Below, in pieces: positions 1 through 9,244 of a stretch of 64,000 nt of DNA (position 1 is the stretch's first letter; each line of letters opens with the position of its first letter). Under the pieces are notes generated by a model. That model had not been told where the DNA came from, did no database searches, and saw nothing but the letters and a program-made list of their open reading frames with translations. The DNA comes from a virus (taxonomy: Duplodnaviria > Caudoviricetes): IMG/VR virus record IMGVR_UViG_2879905790_000001, positions 1 to 64,000 of that record. One strand, 5' to 3'. The position numbers and the translations under genes are program-made.

Positions 1-150
1 GAAAAAATAGAAGATGGATATAGACATTATGATTTAGATAGTTTAAATCATGTTATTGCTTATTTTTAGAAAATATAATGATGTCCTTGTCGAACAAAAT
101 ATCGAATTAAGAGCAATTAAAAGAATAAAAAATATATTGGTAATAGATTA

Positions 151-181
151 AAACTAGTATTAATTTACTAGTTTTTTTATT
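151..181 (+). terminator. Intrinsic terminator
   Basis: AAACTAGTA-ttaatt-TACTAGTTT followed by a T-run. Confidence 0.6.
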
Positions 182-224
182 TATTCAGCTAGTATTAATA
201 TAAAAAATAAATTTTATATACACT

Positions 225-480
225 TTAACTTCACTAGAAGCCCTTTAAGGCTGTTTAAAATATTTTAAGGTGGATTATATCTATAGAATTAAAGTCGGTT
301 AGAATGACTTATATTAAGTTTTGGATTTTAAAATAAATATTTCAAATTAAATATAAAACAATTTAAAAAAAGTATTGACTTTATATAAAAAAGGGTGTAA
401 TATAATAAGTGTCAAGAGGAAATAAAAACTTACATGCAAATACAAAACAATTTAATAAATATAAAAGGAGTTGTTTAAAA
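225..480 (+). repeat. Early promoter module, copy 1 (~250 bp; copy 2 at ~6105-6365, diverged copy 3 at ~7862-8095)
   Basis: Blocks shared with copy 2: ATTAAAGTCG, TATTGAC, GTGTAATATAATAAGTGTCA, GGAAATAAAA(A)CTTACAT, AAAACAATTTAATAAA, GGAGTTGT. Confidence 0.75.
375..406 (+). promoter_or_regulatory. sigmaA-type promoter
   Basis: TTGACT-17bp-TAATAT, with overlapping TATAAT. Confidence 0.65.
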
Positions 481-702
481 ATGAAAAATATTAATTGTGT
501 AAATTTTAAATTTGTAGCAAGTACAAGGTGTTTAATGGTTATAAATAAAAAAGGTGAATTAATAGATAGTAAGTTTTATGGTGAATTTGAAGAAAATATT
601 TCTTCTAGTGTCAACAATGACATAAAACAATGGTTAAATAATAATATTTTACTAGTAGATTCATATAGTTACGATTTAGACCAATTAAAAACAATTTGTT
701 AA
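481..702 (+). CDS. Hypothetical early protein
   Basis: ORF; start moved to ATG 481 behind AAAGGAG. Confidence 0.7.
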   Translation: MKNINCVNFKFVASTRCLMVINKKGELIDSKFYGEFEENISSSVNNDIKQWLNNNILLVDSYSYDLDQLKTIC

Positions 703-735
703 AATGTAGATTTTATATTAACAGGAGGGTTAACA

Positions 736-882
736 ATGATGATTGGTAAAAATGGCAATAAAATAAAAGTATCTGAAAGTAATGGAATGGTAATTACAGA
801 TAGAAAATGTAGTAAATGTGGTACTACATTGAGATTATCTGAAGTGTTAGACTATAGTAATTTATGTGAAGATTGTCAATAA
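736..882 (+). CDS. Small CxxC...CxxC zinc-ribbon protein (48 aa)
   Basis: RBS AGGAGG; MMIGKNG...CSKC...CEDCQ; below ORF-track cutoff. Confidence 0.65.
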   Translation: MMIGKNGNKIKVSESNGMVITDRKCSKCGTTLRLSEVLDYSNLCEDCQ

Positions 883-1024
883 ACTTATTTAGGCTATAGA
901 CATATAACAGAATAAAGCCTATAGCCTAGATTTAAATTTTGATATGAGTTATCAAAAATAAAATTCTATATAACAGAAAAGTTTTGATAATTGATATAAA
1001 AATTTAAAGAGGAGTTGTTTACAT

Positions 1025-2500
1025 ATGAAATTAAATATTGACGTTGAAACTTTAAAAGGTTTATCAAACAAAGAAATAGCAAAAGCTTTAAAAAAGGAAT
1101 TAAAAGCACAAACTAGTGTAAAATTTAGTGTTACAAGTGATATATATTCAATACATTGTACTTGCAATGATGATGATTTTCAAGCTAATAAAGAGATTAT
1201 AAAAGAAGTGGCTGGAATGTTTACAAAATGTACAACTGATACAATTTATATCAATAGTAGAATAGCTTATTATTCAGACACAAAAGAATACAAAGAAAAG
1301 AAAAAGAAAGAATACGAACAACAACAAGCTGAACTCGAAAGAAAAAGACAAGAAAGAAAAAAACTATACAATGACAATGTAACAATCAAAGAATTTGATT
1401 ATAACAAGGTTAAGATTGAAAATATAGAGGATAAAAATATTTTTATTACAGCTTTAGAACCTAGCATAAATAAGAATAATTGGAAAGTAGATAACGATAA
1501 ATATATAGATGAGCGTAGTTATTTAAATAAATATAAGATTACAGATATTGTTTATATGAACGAAGAGAATTACAATTATTTTTGTTTTAATCTTTTAGAT
1601 GATTATACTTTTTTAGAAAATAAAGGTGGTACATGGACAGATGATGAAACAGAAATAGTTTTATATCATGGTGGGGTATGTGTATATTGTGAAGGCAAAG
1701 AACCTATTATAATAGACCCTCAAGGCTACTCATATGCTAGATATACAAATAGACTAGCAGAAGACTTTAACGGAGATTTACAAAGAGAATTTGATAAAGA
1801 ATTAAATATAAATAATACTTCTTATTTAGAGGTTTTAAGTAATATAAATGTAACAGATTTATATATTTATTCAAAAAATACATGGGAATATTTAGACAAG
1901 AAAATTATAAATGATGGTCGATTTATTTACGATGATTATACATCAAATGTCGTTATAACAGGTTTAACATATAAAGAATTATTAAAAGAAGGTAACGGAA
2001 CAAAATTACACCTTGAAAAGCTACATCATAATAGTAAATTATTAATGGAAAATATAATCAAATGTGAAACTGGAGCAGTACAAATCTTATTTGTAAAAAG
2101 TAAGCTAGAAACAGTGTTTAAGGGTACAAAATTTAGTGAAAGACTTGTAAAGGAATTAGAAAGGGCTTCAAGTCATAAACCTACACCAGAACCACCAAAA
2201 CCAACTAAAAAAGAAGATAAAAATAATTTAAAAGAAAAACAAAATAATAGTAATATCATTAGTGTAGATTTTACAAAGCCAAAAGAAGTTGTTTTTAATA
2301 AAGCAAATTGGAAAGAAGACCAAGCAACTAAAAAACAATTATATGCATTATATTGTATAACTAAAATAAAAACTACAAATTTAAAAATATCAAAAGGTCA
2401 AGCGAGTGAACTTATTTCAAAAAGCAAAAAAGGTAAGGATATAAAAGCAGATTTAAAGGAATTAATAAAAAATCAAAATATTAAAGAAGGAATAATATAA
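1025..2500 (+). CDS. Multidomain polyvalent-type protein, LPD29-like N-terminus
   Basis: EIAKALKKELK...VKFSVTS resembles LPD29; central DPQGYSYARY; Pro-rich linker; C-terminal ATKKQ...SKGQASELI motif. Confidence 0.55.
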   Translation: MKLNIDVETLKGLSNKEIAKALKKELKAQTSVKFSVTSDIYSIHCTCNDDDFQANKEIIKEVAGMFTKCTTDTIYINSRIAYYSDTKEYKEKKKKEYEQQQAELERKRQERKKLYNDNVTIKEFDYNKVKIENIEDKNIFITALEPSINKNNWKVDNDKYIDERSYLNKYKITDIVYMNEENYNYFCFNLLDDYTFLENKGGTWTDDETEIVLYHGGVCVYCEGKEPIIIDPQGYSYARYTNRLAEDFNGDLQREFDKELNINNTSYLEVLSNINVTDLYIYSKNTWEYLDKKIINDGRFIYDDYTSNVVITGLTYKELLKEGNGTKLHLEKLHHNSKLLMENIIKCETGAVQILFVKSKLETVFKGTKFSERLVKELERASSHKPTPEPPKPTKKEDKNNLKEKQNNSNIISVDFTKPKEVVFNKANWKEDQATKKQLYALYCITKIKTTNLKISKGQASELISKSKKGKDIKADLKELIKNQNIKEGII

Positions 2501-2599
2501 TTAATCTTAAAATAAATATACAAGGCTATAAATAAAGCTTGTAGCCTTGTATAACAGAATTGAAGCTATAACAGATATATAGATAGGAGTTGTTTTAAA

Positions 2600-2905
2600 A
2601 TGAATAATAGTAAAATAGAGAATTATCAAAATGATTGGGATAGAATTCAAAAGGTTAAGGATAATTTGTTTAAAGATTTAAGAATAGATAGTTTAATTAA
2701 TTTAAGAGATACGTCAAAATCAGAAATAACAAAAGAAAAAATACAAAACATTATAACAAATATAGGTGAAGCAATGAATTGTGTAAATGATGATTTAGAC
2801 GACTTGCAGGAAGAATTGTATAATCTAGAAATGGAAGAACACACAAAGGATTGGAATGCTCAAGAATGGTCAGAATATCATATGTCATGTAACAATATAG
2901 ATTAA
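2600..2905 (+). CDS. Hypothetical acidic coiled-coil protein
   Basis: ORF with RBS AGGAG. Confidence 0.7.
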   Translation: MNNSKIENYQNDWDRIQKVKDNLFKDLRIDSLINLRDTSKSEITKEKIQNIITNIGEAMNCVNDDLDDLQEELYNLEMEEHTKDWNAQEWSEYHMSCNNID

Positions 2906-3018
2906 GATATAAATAACTATAGGAGCTATAGAAACACTTTAAATCCTATATAACAGCCAAGTTCCTATAATGAAAATAATTTAATAAAAATTTTAATGAA
3001 AAGGTGTTGTTATCAAAT

Positions 3019-3417
3019 ATGATTAAATTAAAAAATACTTATTTAGGATATACAAATAATTTAAAAGCAATACAAAAAGCTAAAATTGAAAATATTTTAG
3101 ATAGTAAGGGGACTTTATGTATTCAAAAAGATTTTATTTTAAATAGAATTAAAGAAGGATACAAACCTAGTACAGTAAAAAATTATTCATGTTACAGTGA
3201 AAGATTGAAAAGAACGGTAAAGCGTAAAACAGATTATAGGTTAACAGATGAAGCAGGAGCTTATTATACAATAAATAAAACACTTTTTAAATTTGCAAAG
3301 TATATAATAGATAATAACTTTACAGATGATACAATAAGAGAAAAATTTATATTGGAAGAACAAATAAAACAAAATGGATTAAGTCCATTGTTTAAAAGTA
3401 CACAAAAGGCTATATAG
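3019..3417 (+). CDS. Hypothetical protein
   Basis: ORF; ATG 3019 after AAGGTG. Confidence 0.65.
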   Translation: MIKLKNTYLGYTNNLKAIQKAKIENILDSKGTLCIQKDFILNRIKEGYKPSTVKNYSCYSERLKRTVKRKTDYRLTDEAGAYYTINKTLFKFAKYIIDNNFTDDTIREKFILEEQIKQNGLSPLFKSTQKAI

Positions 3418-3529
3418 TCAATCCAGAAGTTATGGGGTAATTTACAATCCTGTATAACAGAAATTTTCCTATAACTTCTATGTATAAATAATTTAATAAA
3501 AATTAATATAAATGGTAGGTTTTATAAAA

Positions 3530-3829
3530 ATGAAAAAAGAAAATTCTTATATAAAATGTAAAGGCTATAAAACTAAAGTTAAAGGTTACATATTTACAAT
3601 CAATGGCATAAATAGAGTTTTAGGAATTCATAAGACAGATAAAAATTATTATAATGTAACAGATATTAAAACAGGTTTAGCGATAAATAGTTGGTTTGGT
3701 TTTAAAACTATAAAGCAAACTATTAAAGAATTAGAAGAAAACAAAGAAAAGTTAACTAAATGGTTTAGAAATGAATATTATTTTAATGCAGAATTAGAAG
3801 AAGAATTCAATAATATGTTTATTCAATAA
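3530..3829 (+). CDS. Hypothetical protein
   Basis: ORF. Confidence 0.65.
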   Translation: MKKENSYIKCKGYKTKVKGYIFTINGINRVLGIHKTDKNYYNVTDIKTGLAINSWFGFKTIKQTIKELEENKEKLTKWFRNEYYFNAELEEEFNNMFIQ

Positions 3830-3926
3830 TATTAGATTCTATATAACAGAAAAACTTCATAACAGCTATAACAGAAAAGTTCCTATAATTATTACCAAAA
3901 ATAATTCAATAAGGCGGTTATAAATC

Positions 3927-4121
3927 ATGTGCAATAATATATACGATGTTACAGAAGTGCTTGAAATTATAGATTCCATAGAAAATTTAAATAAATATGA
4001 TAATAGAAGGGGTAATCTTAGAAAAAATATAGAATTAGAATTAAATAAAATAAACTCTAATAGCGATAAAGAAAGTTATACAAAAGAAGAAATTTTACAT
4101 ATATTACAAAATATCTTGTAA
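3927..4121 (+). CDS. Hypothetical protein
   Basis: ORF with RBS AAGGCGG. Confidence 0.6.
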   Translation: MCNNIYDVTEVLEIIDSIENLNKYDNRRGNLRKNIELELNKINSNSDKESYTKEEILHILQNIL

Positions 4122-4179
4122 AGAATAAAGGTAATTCCCTTATATAACAGAAATTTTTCTATAACTGGAGGTTAGGCAA

Positions 4180-4479
4180 ATGCTAAAAAGAGTGTGTAAA
4201 AAATGTGGTCATAAAGTAATTAAATCAAAATTAGAAGAATATCCATATCAATGCAATAATTGTGATGAAGATTTATATACATTTGAAACAGAACTTATTG
4301 AAAAAGAAAAGGAAGTTAATGAACTTATTGTGGCTCTAAAAGGATTGGTAGGAGATACTGGTTTACATGAAAATGACTGCGAGTGTGATAATACACATGT
4401 TCAAAATAATACTGTATGTAGGTATTGTTACGCAAGAGAAGTATTACAAAAATATGATTGTATAACAGAAAAACATTAA
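4180..4479 (+). CDS. Cys-rich zinc-binding protein
   Basis: CKKC, CNNC, CEC, CRYC; RBS GGAGG. Confidence 0.7.
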   Translation: MLKRVCKKCGHKVIKSKLEEYPYQCNNCDEDLYTFETELIEKEKEVNELIVALKGLVGDTGLHENDCECDNTHVQNNTVCRYCYAREVLQKYDCITEKH

Positions 4480-4547
4480 TAGCAGCTATAACAGAAAGTT
4501 TCCTATAGTTCCTATACTAAAAACAATATAAAAAGGTGGTTTTAGGA

Positions 4548-4892
4548 ATGAAAAAAGATATATGTTTTCTTTTAATATGTATACTATTTGTATGTGGAAT
4601 TACCAAATACAGCAGGTATATAGATAAAACACATGAAATAACAGCTACAATTAACAGTAAGCAATTTAAGCCAAAAACCCCAAGGAAACCTTGCGGACAA
4701 TATTTATTAGTGATTGCAACTGACAATAAAGGTAAATATAATGAACTAATATATGAAGATATAATAAAAAGACATAAAAGCGAAAATAAAGGATGGCAAG
4801 AAACTTGTAATTGTTTAAAACCAAATAAAAAATATAAGTTTCAAATTACTAAAGATAATATAATAAAAGATTATGAGGAAATTAAGGAATAA
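4548..4892 (+). CDS. Membrane-anchored or secreted protein
   Basis: Hydrophobic N-terminus ICFLLICILFVCGI. Confidence 0.65.
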   Translation: MKKDICFLLICILFVCGITKYSRYIDKTHEITATINSKQFKPKTPRKPCGQYLLVIATDNKGKYNELIYEDIIKRHKSENKGWQETCNCLKPNKKYKFQITKDNIIKDYEEIKE

Positions 4893-4935
4893 AATTTATA
4901 TTATAAACATTAATTTCTACAATTGGAGGTGCAAC

Positions 4936-4998
4936 ATGGGTAATTTAATTTTTATTGGTTTATTACTTTTCTTATGTTTTGTAGCATGGGTTATTTAA
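4936..4998 (+). CDS. 20-aa hydrophobic microprotein MGNLIFIGLLLFLCFVAWVI
   Basis: Strong RBS GGAGGT 5 nt upstream. Confidence 0.5.
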   Translation: MGNLIFIGLLLFLCFVAWVI

Positions 4999-5040
4999 GA
5001 TGTAATAAATGTCAAATTTTATTTTATTGGAGGGGTAAAA

Positions 5041-5220
5041 ATGAAATATGTAACTTTGAAGAATATGGAAAAGGCAACTCAAATGATTGCAAATAAAGGG
5101 TATGAGTGGAATAAGGCTAACCATATTGCTATAAATTTATTTGAAGAGTCAAAACGAACAGGAATGCCAGTTGAGTTTTTTATTTCAAAGATTAGGGATA
5201 ATGACATGACAATACAATAA
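5041..5220 (+). CDS. Hypothetical protein (59 aa)
   Basis: RBS GGAGGGG; open frame. Confidence 0.65.
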   Translation: MKYVTLKNMEKATQMIANKGYEWNKANHIAINLFEESKRTGMPVEFFISKIRDNDMTIQ

Positions 5221-5289
5221 AAGAAGTATTCACTTTAAAGAAATTTAAAATAATTATATAAAAACTTATTAAAGGGAGTTGTTTAAAAA

Positions 5290-5655
5290 ATGGAAAATTA
5301 TAATATAGATTTTGAAGAAGCTAAAGAGATGAATATATATAAGCATTCAAAATATGTAGAAGATATAAAGAAATATTTTAAAAATTATAAAATTGAAGAT
5401 AAGGAAGTAATAGCATATTTAGAATTGGGGAATATTTGTATAGAGTTAAATATTGATAACTTCGAGGGTGAAAAATCATTAGATTATTATGTTTCTTTTA
5501 AATGTTTAGAAAGATATAGCAAAGATGGGGAATGGTATAGTGATTATGAGCCATTGAATAATAAAGTGGATTTAGATGATTTAGAAAAAGATATGTTTAA
5601 TTGTCTGATAAAATCTGCAAAAGAAACTAATTTGAAATGGAGCAAATTAAATTGA
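5290..5655 (+). CDS. Hypothetical protein
   Basis: ORF with RBS GGGAG. Confidence 0.7.
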   Translation: MENYNIDFEEAKEMNIYKHSKYVEDIKKYFKNYKIEDKEVIAYLELGNICIELNIDNFEGEKSLDYYVSFKCLERYSKDGEWYSDYEPLNNKVDLDDLEKDMFNCLIKSAKETNLKWSKLN

Positions 5656-5709
5656 AAGGTATTTAAATTAAAATAAAAATAATTTAATAAATATTAAGGA
5701 GTGTTAATA

Positions 5710-6015
5710 ATGAAAGATAACAAAATAACTTTAGAAGGTCACAACAATAAAAAACATGAGGTAAATTTTGAAACATTAGAGTTTATAGCAATTAATAGCT
5801 ATAATAAGACATTAGACGAATTTTTAGAAAGTTACACATGTAAAGATGTAGATTATATTATAAATGACTTAATAACATATGAGCTATGCCCTAAATGCGA
5901 ATATGAAGTAACTTTATTAAATAAAATGAAAAAACAGATATGTCCAGTATGTGGGAAAGAAATAATTCCATGTAGTATATGTATAGATAGAAAGTGTAGT
6001 GAATGTAATTTATAG
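5710..6015 (+). CDS. Protein with C-terminal multi-CxxC zinc ribbon
   Basis: CPKC, CPVC, CSIC, CSEC. Confidence 0.7.
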   Translation: MKDNKITLEGHNNKKHEVNFETLEFIAINSYNKTLDEFLESYTCKDVDYIINDLITYELCPKCEYEVTLLNKMKKQICPVCGKEIIPCSICIDRKCSECNL

Positions 6016-6070
6016 TATAAAAATAAACAATATATAATACAAAATTTCAATTTAATAAAAACGTAACTTC

Positions 6071-6098
6071 AAAAGCTGAGTAATATCAGCTTTTTTTA
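6071..6098 (+). terminator. Intrinsic terminator
   Basis: AAAAGCTGA-gtaata-TCAGCTTTT plus T-run. Confidence 0.7.
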
Positions 6099-6104
6099 CT
6101 ATCT

Positions 6105-6365
6105 TACTTTACTATAAAGGTTTTAAAGGCATTTAAAATATATTATTGTATAATGACACCTATACAATTAAAGTCGTTTAAAATAGCTTAGAATAAGTTT
6201 TATGTTTAAAATAAAAAGTTTCTTTTAATTTAAAATAATTTAATAAAATATATTGACATTGTATATAATATAGTGTAATATAATAAGTGTCAGAAGGAAA
6301 TAAAACTTACATAGTAATTAAAAACAATTTAATAAAATATAAACAAAAGGGAGTTGTCAGTGAAA
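6105..6365 (+). repeat. Early promoter module, copy 2 (TTGACA 6253, TAATAT 6276)
   Basis: Similar to 225-480; central hairpin ATTGTATA-atgacacc-TATACAAT. Confidence 0.75.
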
Positions 6366-6604
6366 TGAAATATATATCAAAAGGAAATCTACAATTAGCA
6401 AAACGAAATGATTTACTTTGTTGGAAAGAAATAGTGATAAAAAAGAATGATGAATTTGAAATTTTAGGAAAAGAAACAAATTCTATAGAATCTTTATATA
6501 AAATAAAATATAACAACAATATATTCTTTGTAAATTGGATAGATGCAGAATATTTAATTCAAGGAGAAAAAATAGATTTAAAGAAGACTATATTTAAAAG
6601 ATAA
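6365..6604 (+). CDS. Hypothetical protein
   Basis: ATG 6365 after GGGAG. Confidence 0.65.
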   Translation: MKYISKGNLQLAKRNDLLCWKEIVIKKNDEFEILGKETNSIESLYKIKYNNNIFFVNWIDAEYLIQGEKIDLKKTIFKR

Positions 6605-6655
6605 ATTAAGTTAAAAAATGTATTTTATTAAAAATTTTAGGAGGATTTTTTTGAA

Positions 6656-7102
6656 ATGAATATAAATATAATAATCAAGAAAGATGAAGATATGGATGGT
6701 TTTATAGCAAATATAAAAAATGTTAATAAAAAAATTTGTGTAGGAAAAGGAAAAACAGAAATAGAAGCAGTAAAAGATGTTATAAACGTTTATGAAAAAT
6801 TAATAAAAATCTATAACAATGATTCTTTTAATAGAGAATTGGTTTGGAAGGATAATGCTATAGTTCAATTAAGGAATGGTGATAAATACAGATTAAAAGA
6901 TACTAAAGGAATTTTAATAAAACAAAAAACAGATGATAACACATGTATAAAAGAATTATATTGTTATTGTTATGATAGTTATTTGTATTATGGAATAAAT
7001 GCACAATATGATATAATAAAAATATTTGATGAAAATAACAATATTTTAGCAGAAAGAGAACATTATAACGAATTAGATACTGCCAATTTTGTTAGAATGT
7101 AA
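6656..7102 (+). CDS. Protein with HicB-like N-terminal domain
   Basis: IIIKKDEDMDGFIANI...CVGKGKTEIEAVKDV fits the HicB pattern; no hicA adjacent. Confidence 0.5.
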   Translation: MNINIIIKKDEDMDGFIANIKNVNKKICVGKGKTEIEAVKDVINVYEKLIKIYNNDSFNRELVWKDNAIVQLRNGDKYRLKDTKGILIKQKTDDNTCIKELYCYCYDSYLYYGINAQYDIIKIFDENNNILAEREHYNELDTANFVRM

Positions 7103-7306
7103 TTAAAATTTAAATAAAATGATATAAATGATAAGTTTTATTAAAAACAATTTAATAAAAATCTTATATAACAGAAAATTGTCTGTGGCTTCTATAGAAT
7201 ATTTAAAAGTTTCAAGTAGTAAAATATTTGGCTCGGTAGTTTATAATCTTTGCTACTAGAAAATAAAAAAGATGTTATAATTAAATATAAGGGGAGTTGG
7301 GAAAAT

Positions 7307-7654
7307 ATGTATAAAAATGAATATTTAGAAGAATGTTTAAAAAATGAAAAAGGAAATTATTATTTATTAACAGGTTATAGATATACCAAAGAATATCAAT
7401 TTAAAACATTAATAATTGATGATTTAGGTTTTATTTATGACAAGCCTGAAAAATTGAAAGAATTAAAAGAAGAACTATTAAAAGCTAATATTAAAAGCTT
7501 TGTATTAACTGCATCTGGATCAGCATTGATGAATCATTTACATGGCTTAGATTCAGTTAATATAAAAATTAAAGGGGTTAGAAAAGCTTCATATATTGAC
7601 AAATGGGATGAGGAAGAGTGTTTTAAAGAAGGATTAGAAATGATAGTTAAATAA
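7307..7654 (+). CDS. Hypothetical protein
   Basis: ATG 7307 after GGGGAG. Confidence 0.7.
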   Translation: MYKNEYLEECLKNEKGNYYLLTGYRYTKEYQFKTLIIDDLGFIYDKPEKLKELKEELLKANIKSFVLTASGSALMNHLHGLDSVNIKIKGVRKASYIDKWDEEECFKEGLEMIVK

Positions 7655-7657
7655 GTA

Positions 7658-7686
7658 TTTACAATATAATCCTAATATGATATATT
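7658..7686 (+). promoter_or_regulatory. Promoter of the CRISPR-like RNA
   Basis: TTTACA-17bp-TATATT with extended -10 TG; predicted start at about repeat 1. Confidence 0.65.
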
Positions 7687-7694
7687 ATATACAT

Positions 7695-7777
7695 ATTGAA
7701 CCGTAACCACTTAGTGGTATTTAAATATTATTACGTTTATTAATAAAATTGAACAGTAACACATGGTGTATTTAAAT
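7695..7777 (+). CRISPR. Orphan two-repeat CRISPR mini-array or crRNA mimic
   Basis: R1 7695-7726 ATTGAACCGTAACCACTTAGTGGTATTTAAAT; 21-nt spacer ATTATTACGTTTATTAATAAA; R2 7748-7777 ATTGAACAGTAACACATGGTGTATTTAAAT. Both have a short hairpin and a 3' ATTTAAAT handle, like 30-nt clostridial class 1 repeats. Confidence 0.8.
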
Positions 7778-7795
7778 TTGATTAAATTAATTACC

Positions 7796-7851
7796 ATAAA
7801 TAAGCAATCTTGAAAATCAAAGTAGAGATTGCTTATTTATTTTTGTTTTTT
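7796..7851 (+). terminator. Intrinsic terminator closing the CRISPR-like RNA
   Basis: ATAAATAAGCAATCT...AGATTGCTTATTTAT plus T-rich tail. Confidence 0.75.
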
Positions 7852-8021
7852 ACTGGAATAGTTTCATTAGGGAGCTTTGTAATAGCTTTAAATTGATTCA
7901 AGGTATAATTACACTAATAAAAATAAAATAGTCTGAATAGTCTTAGATTGAATTTTAGTATTATATCTTTATTTACAATACATTCTAATATAAAATAATT
8001 TAATATTGTGTAAAAAATATA

Positions 8022-8049
8022 TTGACTTATTATATAACAGTAGTATAAT
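8022..8049 (+). promoter_or_regulatory. sigmaA promoter (module copy 3) with TATAACAG motif in its spacer
   Basis: TTGACT-16bp-TATAAT. Confidence 0.6.
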
Positions 8050-8095
8050 AATAATTAAGGATATATGAAAATGAGTTTAAAGGAGTTGTTTTTAA

Positions 8096-8275
8096 ATGAA
8101 TAGATATACTGGTGCAAATGAATTTAAATTAGTTTATAAAATAGGTGTATGTAGTGATAAAATAATAACAGAATGTAAAGAATTTATGTGTGAATCAGAT
8201 GCAAGATTATATTTACAAATGAAAGATAGCAGAATTTTTATTATATCTATTGAAAACTTGGAATTAATAGCTTAA
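8096..8275 (+). CDS. Hypothetical protein (59 aa)
   Basis: RBS AAGGAG. Confidence 0.65.
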   Translation: MNRYTGANEFKLVYKIGVCSDKIITECKEFMCESDARLYLQMKDSRIFIISIENLELIA

Positions 8276-8434
8276 AAATAAACATATGATTAATTTAAAA
8301 TGCATATTTTATTTAAAATAATTTTTTAAAACATAGATAGCGTTGTCTATGTTTTATATTTATATAACAGAAAATTTTATATAATAATTATATCTTTAAT
8401 TCAAAATAATTTAATAAAAATCTTTATAAACCTA

Positions 8435-8462
8435 TTGCATATATTTCCCTTTATGTTATAAT
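8435..8462 (+). promoter_or_regulatory. sigmaA promoter
   Basis: TTGCAT...TGTTATAAT, flanked by AAAAYAATTTAATAA boxes. Confidence 0.55.
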
Positions 8463-8512
8463 AAGAATTGTAAACAATATAAAACAATTTAATAATATTA
8501 AACAAAGGAGTT

Positions 8513-8716
8513 GTGTTCATGTTTAATATAGCTTCAGAAATATCAAAATTAAAACATTTAAGAAATAATTTTTACATAGTATATAACAATCAAGGAAAGA
8601 TAATAGGATTAAGTAATAAGGTTCATAAAAAACATATTTGTAAATCTTGTTTAGAAGTCTCAGAAAAAGAGTTAAACATAATTTATATAGATATACTTAC
8701 AATTAAAATAATATAA
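8513..8716 (+). CDS. Hypothetical protein
   Basis: RBS AAGGAG. Confidence 0.6.
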   Translation: MFMFNIASEISKLKHLRNNFYIVYNNQGKIIGLSNKVHKKHICKSCLEVSEKELNIIYIDILTIKII

Positions 8717-8731
8717 AAGGGGAAGGTTATA

Positions 8732-8878
8732 ATGCGTAAAATAAGTGCTATTTTAAAGACTCAAGCGAGTCATCAATTTAGACAAAAGAGACAAGAAGTT
8801 ATAAAAAGAATTTTAAAGCAAAACAGTACAAGTAACAAAAGTTTTCAGGAGTATTTAGATTTGTATAAATTAGCTTAA
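8732..8878 (+). CDS. Small basic protein (48 aa)
   Basis: RBS AGGGGAAGG. Confidence 0.55.
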   Translation: MRKISAILKTQASHQFRQKRQEVIKRILKQNSTSNKSFQEYLDLYKLA

Positions 8879-8936
8879 TACATAATACGCAATATAAAAT
8901 AATTTAATAAAATAAAATAGAAGGGGATAAATAAAG

Positions 8937-9194
8937 ATGTGTAAAGAATATAAAAGAAAATATGAAAGTTATAGTATCAAAATTACTTACTTAAACGGTG
9001 ATACGGAAGACATTAACTATAAGGGAATTAATACATCTAGCTATAAAGATATGCTTAAATTATACAAAGATGTTAAAGAAGAATATAAAAATGAATCTGT
9101 AACAATTAACTTTGTTGGAAAAACTGAAAATGGAGAATTGAGAATATTGTTTCAGAAGGAAATTATTAATAAGGATACAGAGCTAAAAAAGTAG
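8937..9194 (+). CDS. Hypothetical protein, 5' part of a possible -1 frameshifted gene
   Basis: Ends ctA AAA AAG TAG. Confidence 0.65.
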   Translation: MCKEYKRKYESYSIKITYLNGDTEDINYKGINTSSYKDMLKLYKDVKEEYKNESVTINFVGKTENGELRILFQKEIINKDTELKK

Positions 9195-9244
9195 TAAATA
9201 CAAATACAGAAGATATAATAAAAAATATTTATAGTAGTTTTAAA

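Noticed and set aside
7727-7747. Self-target of the mini-array spacer in this window
   Set aside because: Only weak AT-rich partial matches (~6050, ~26585) by eye; needs a proper search
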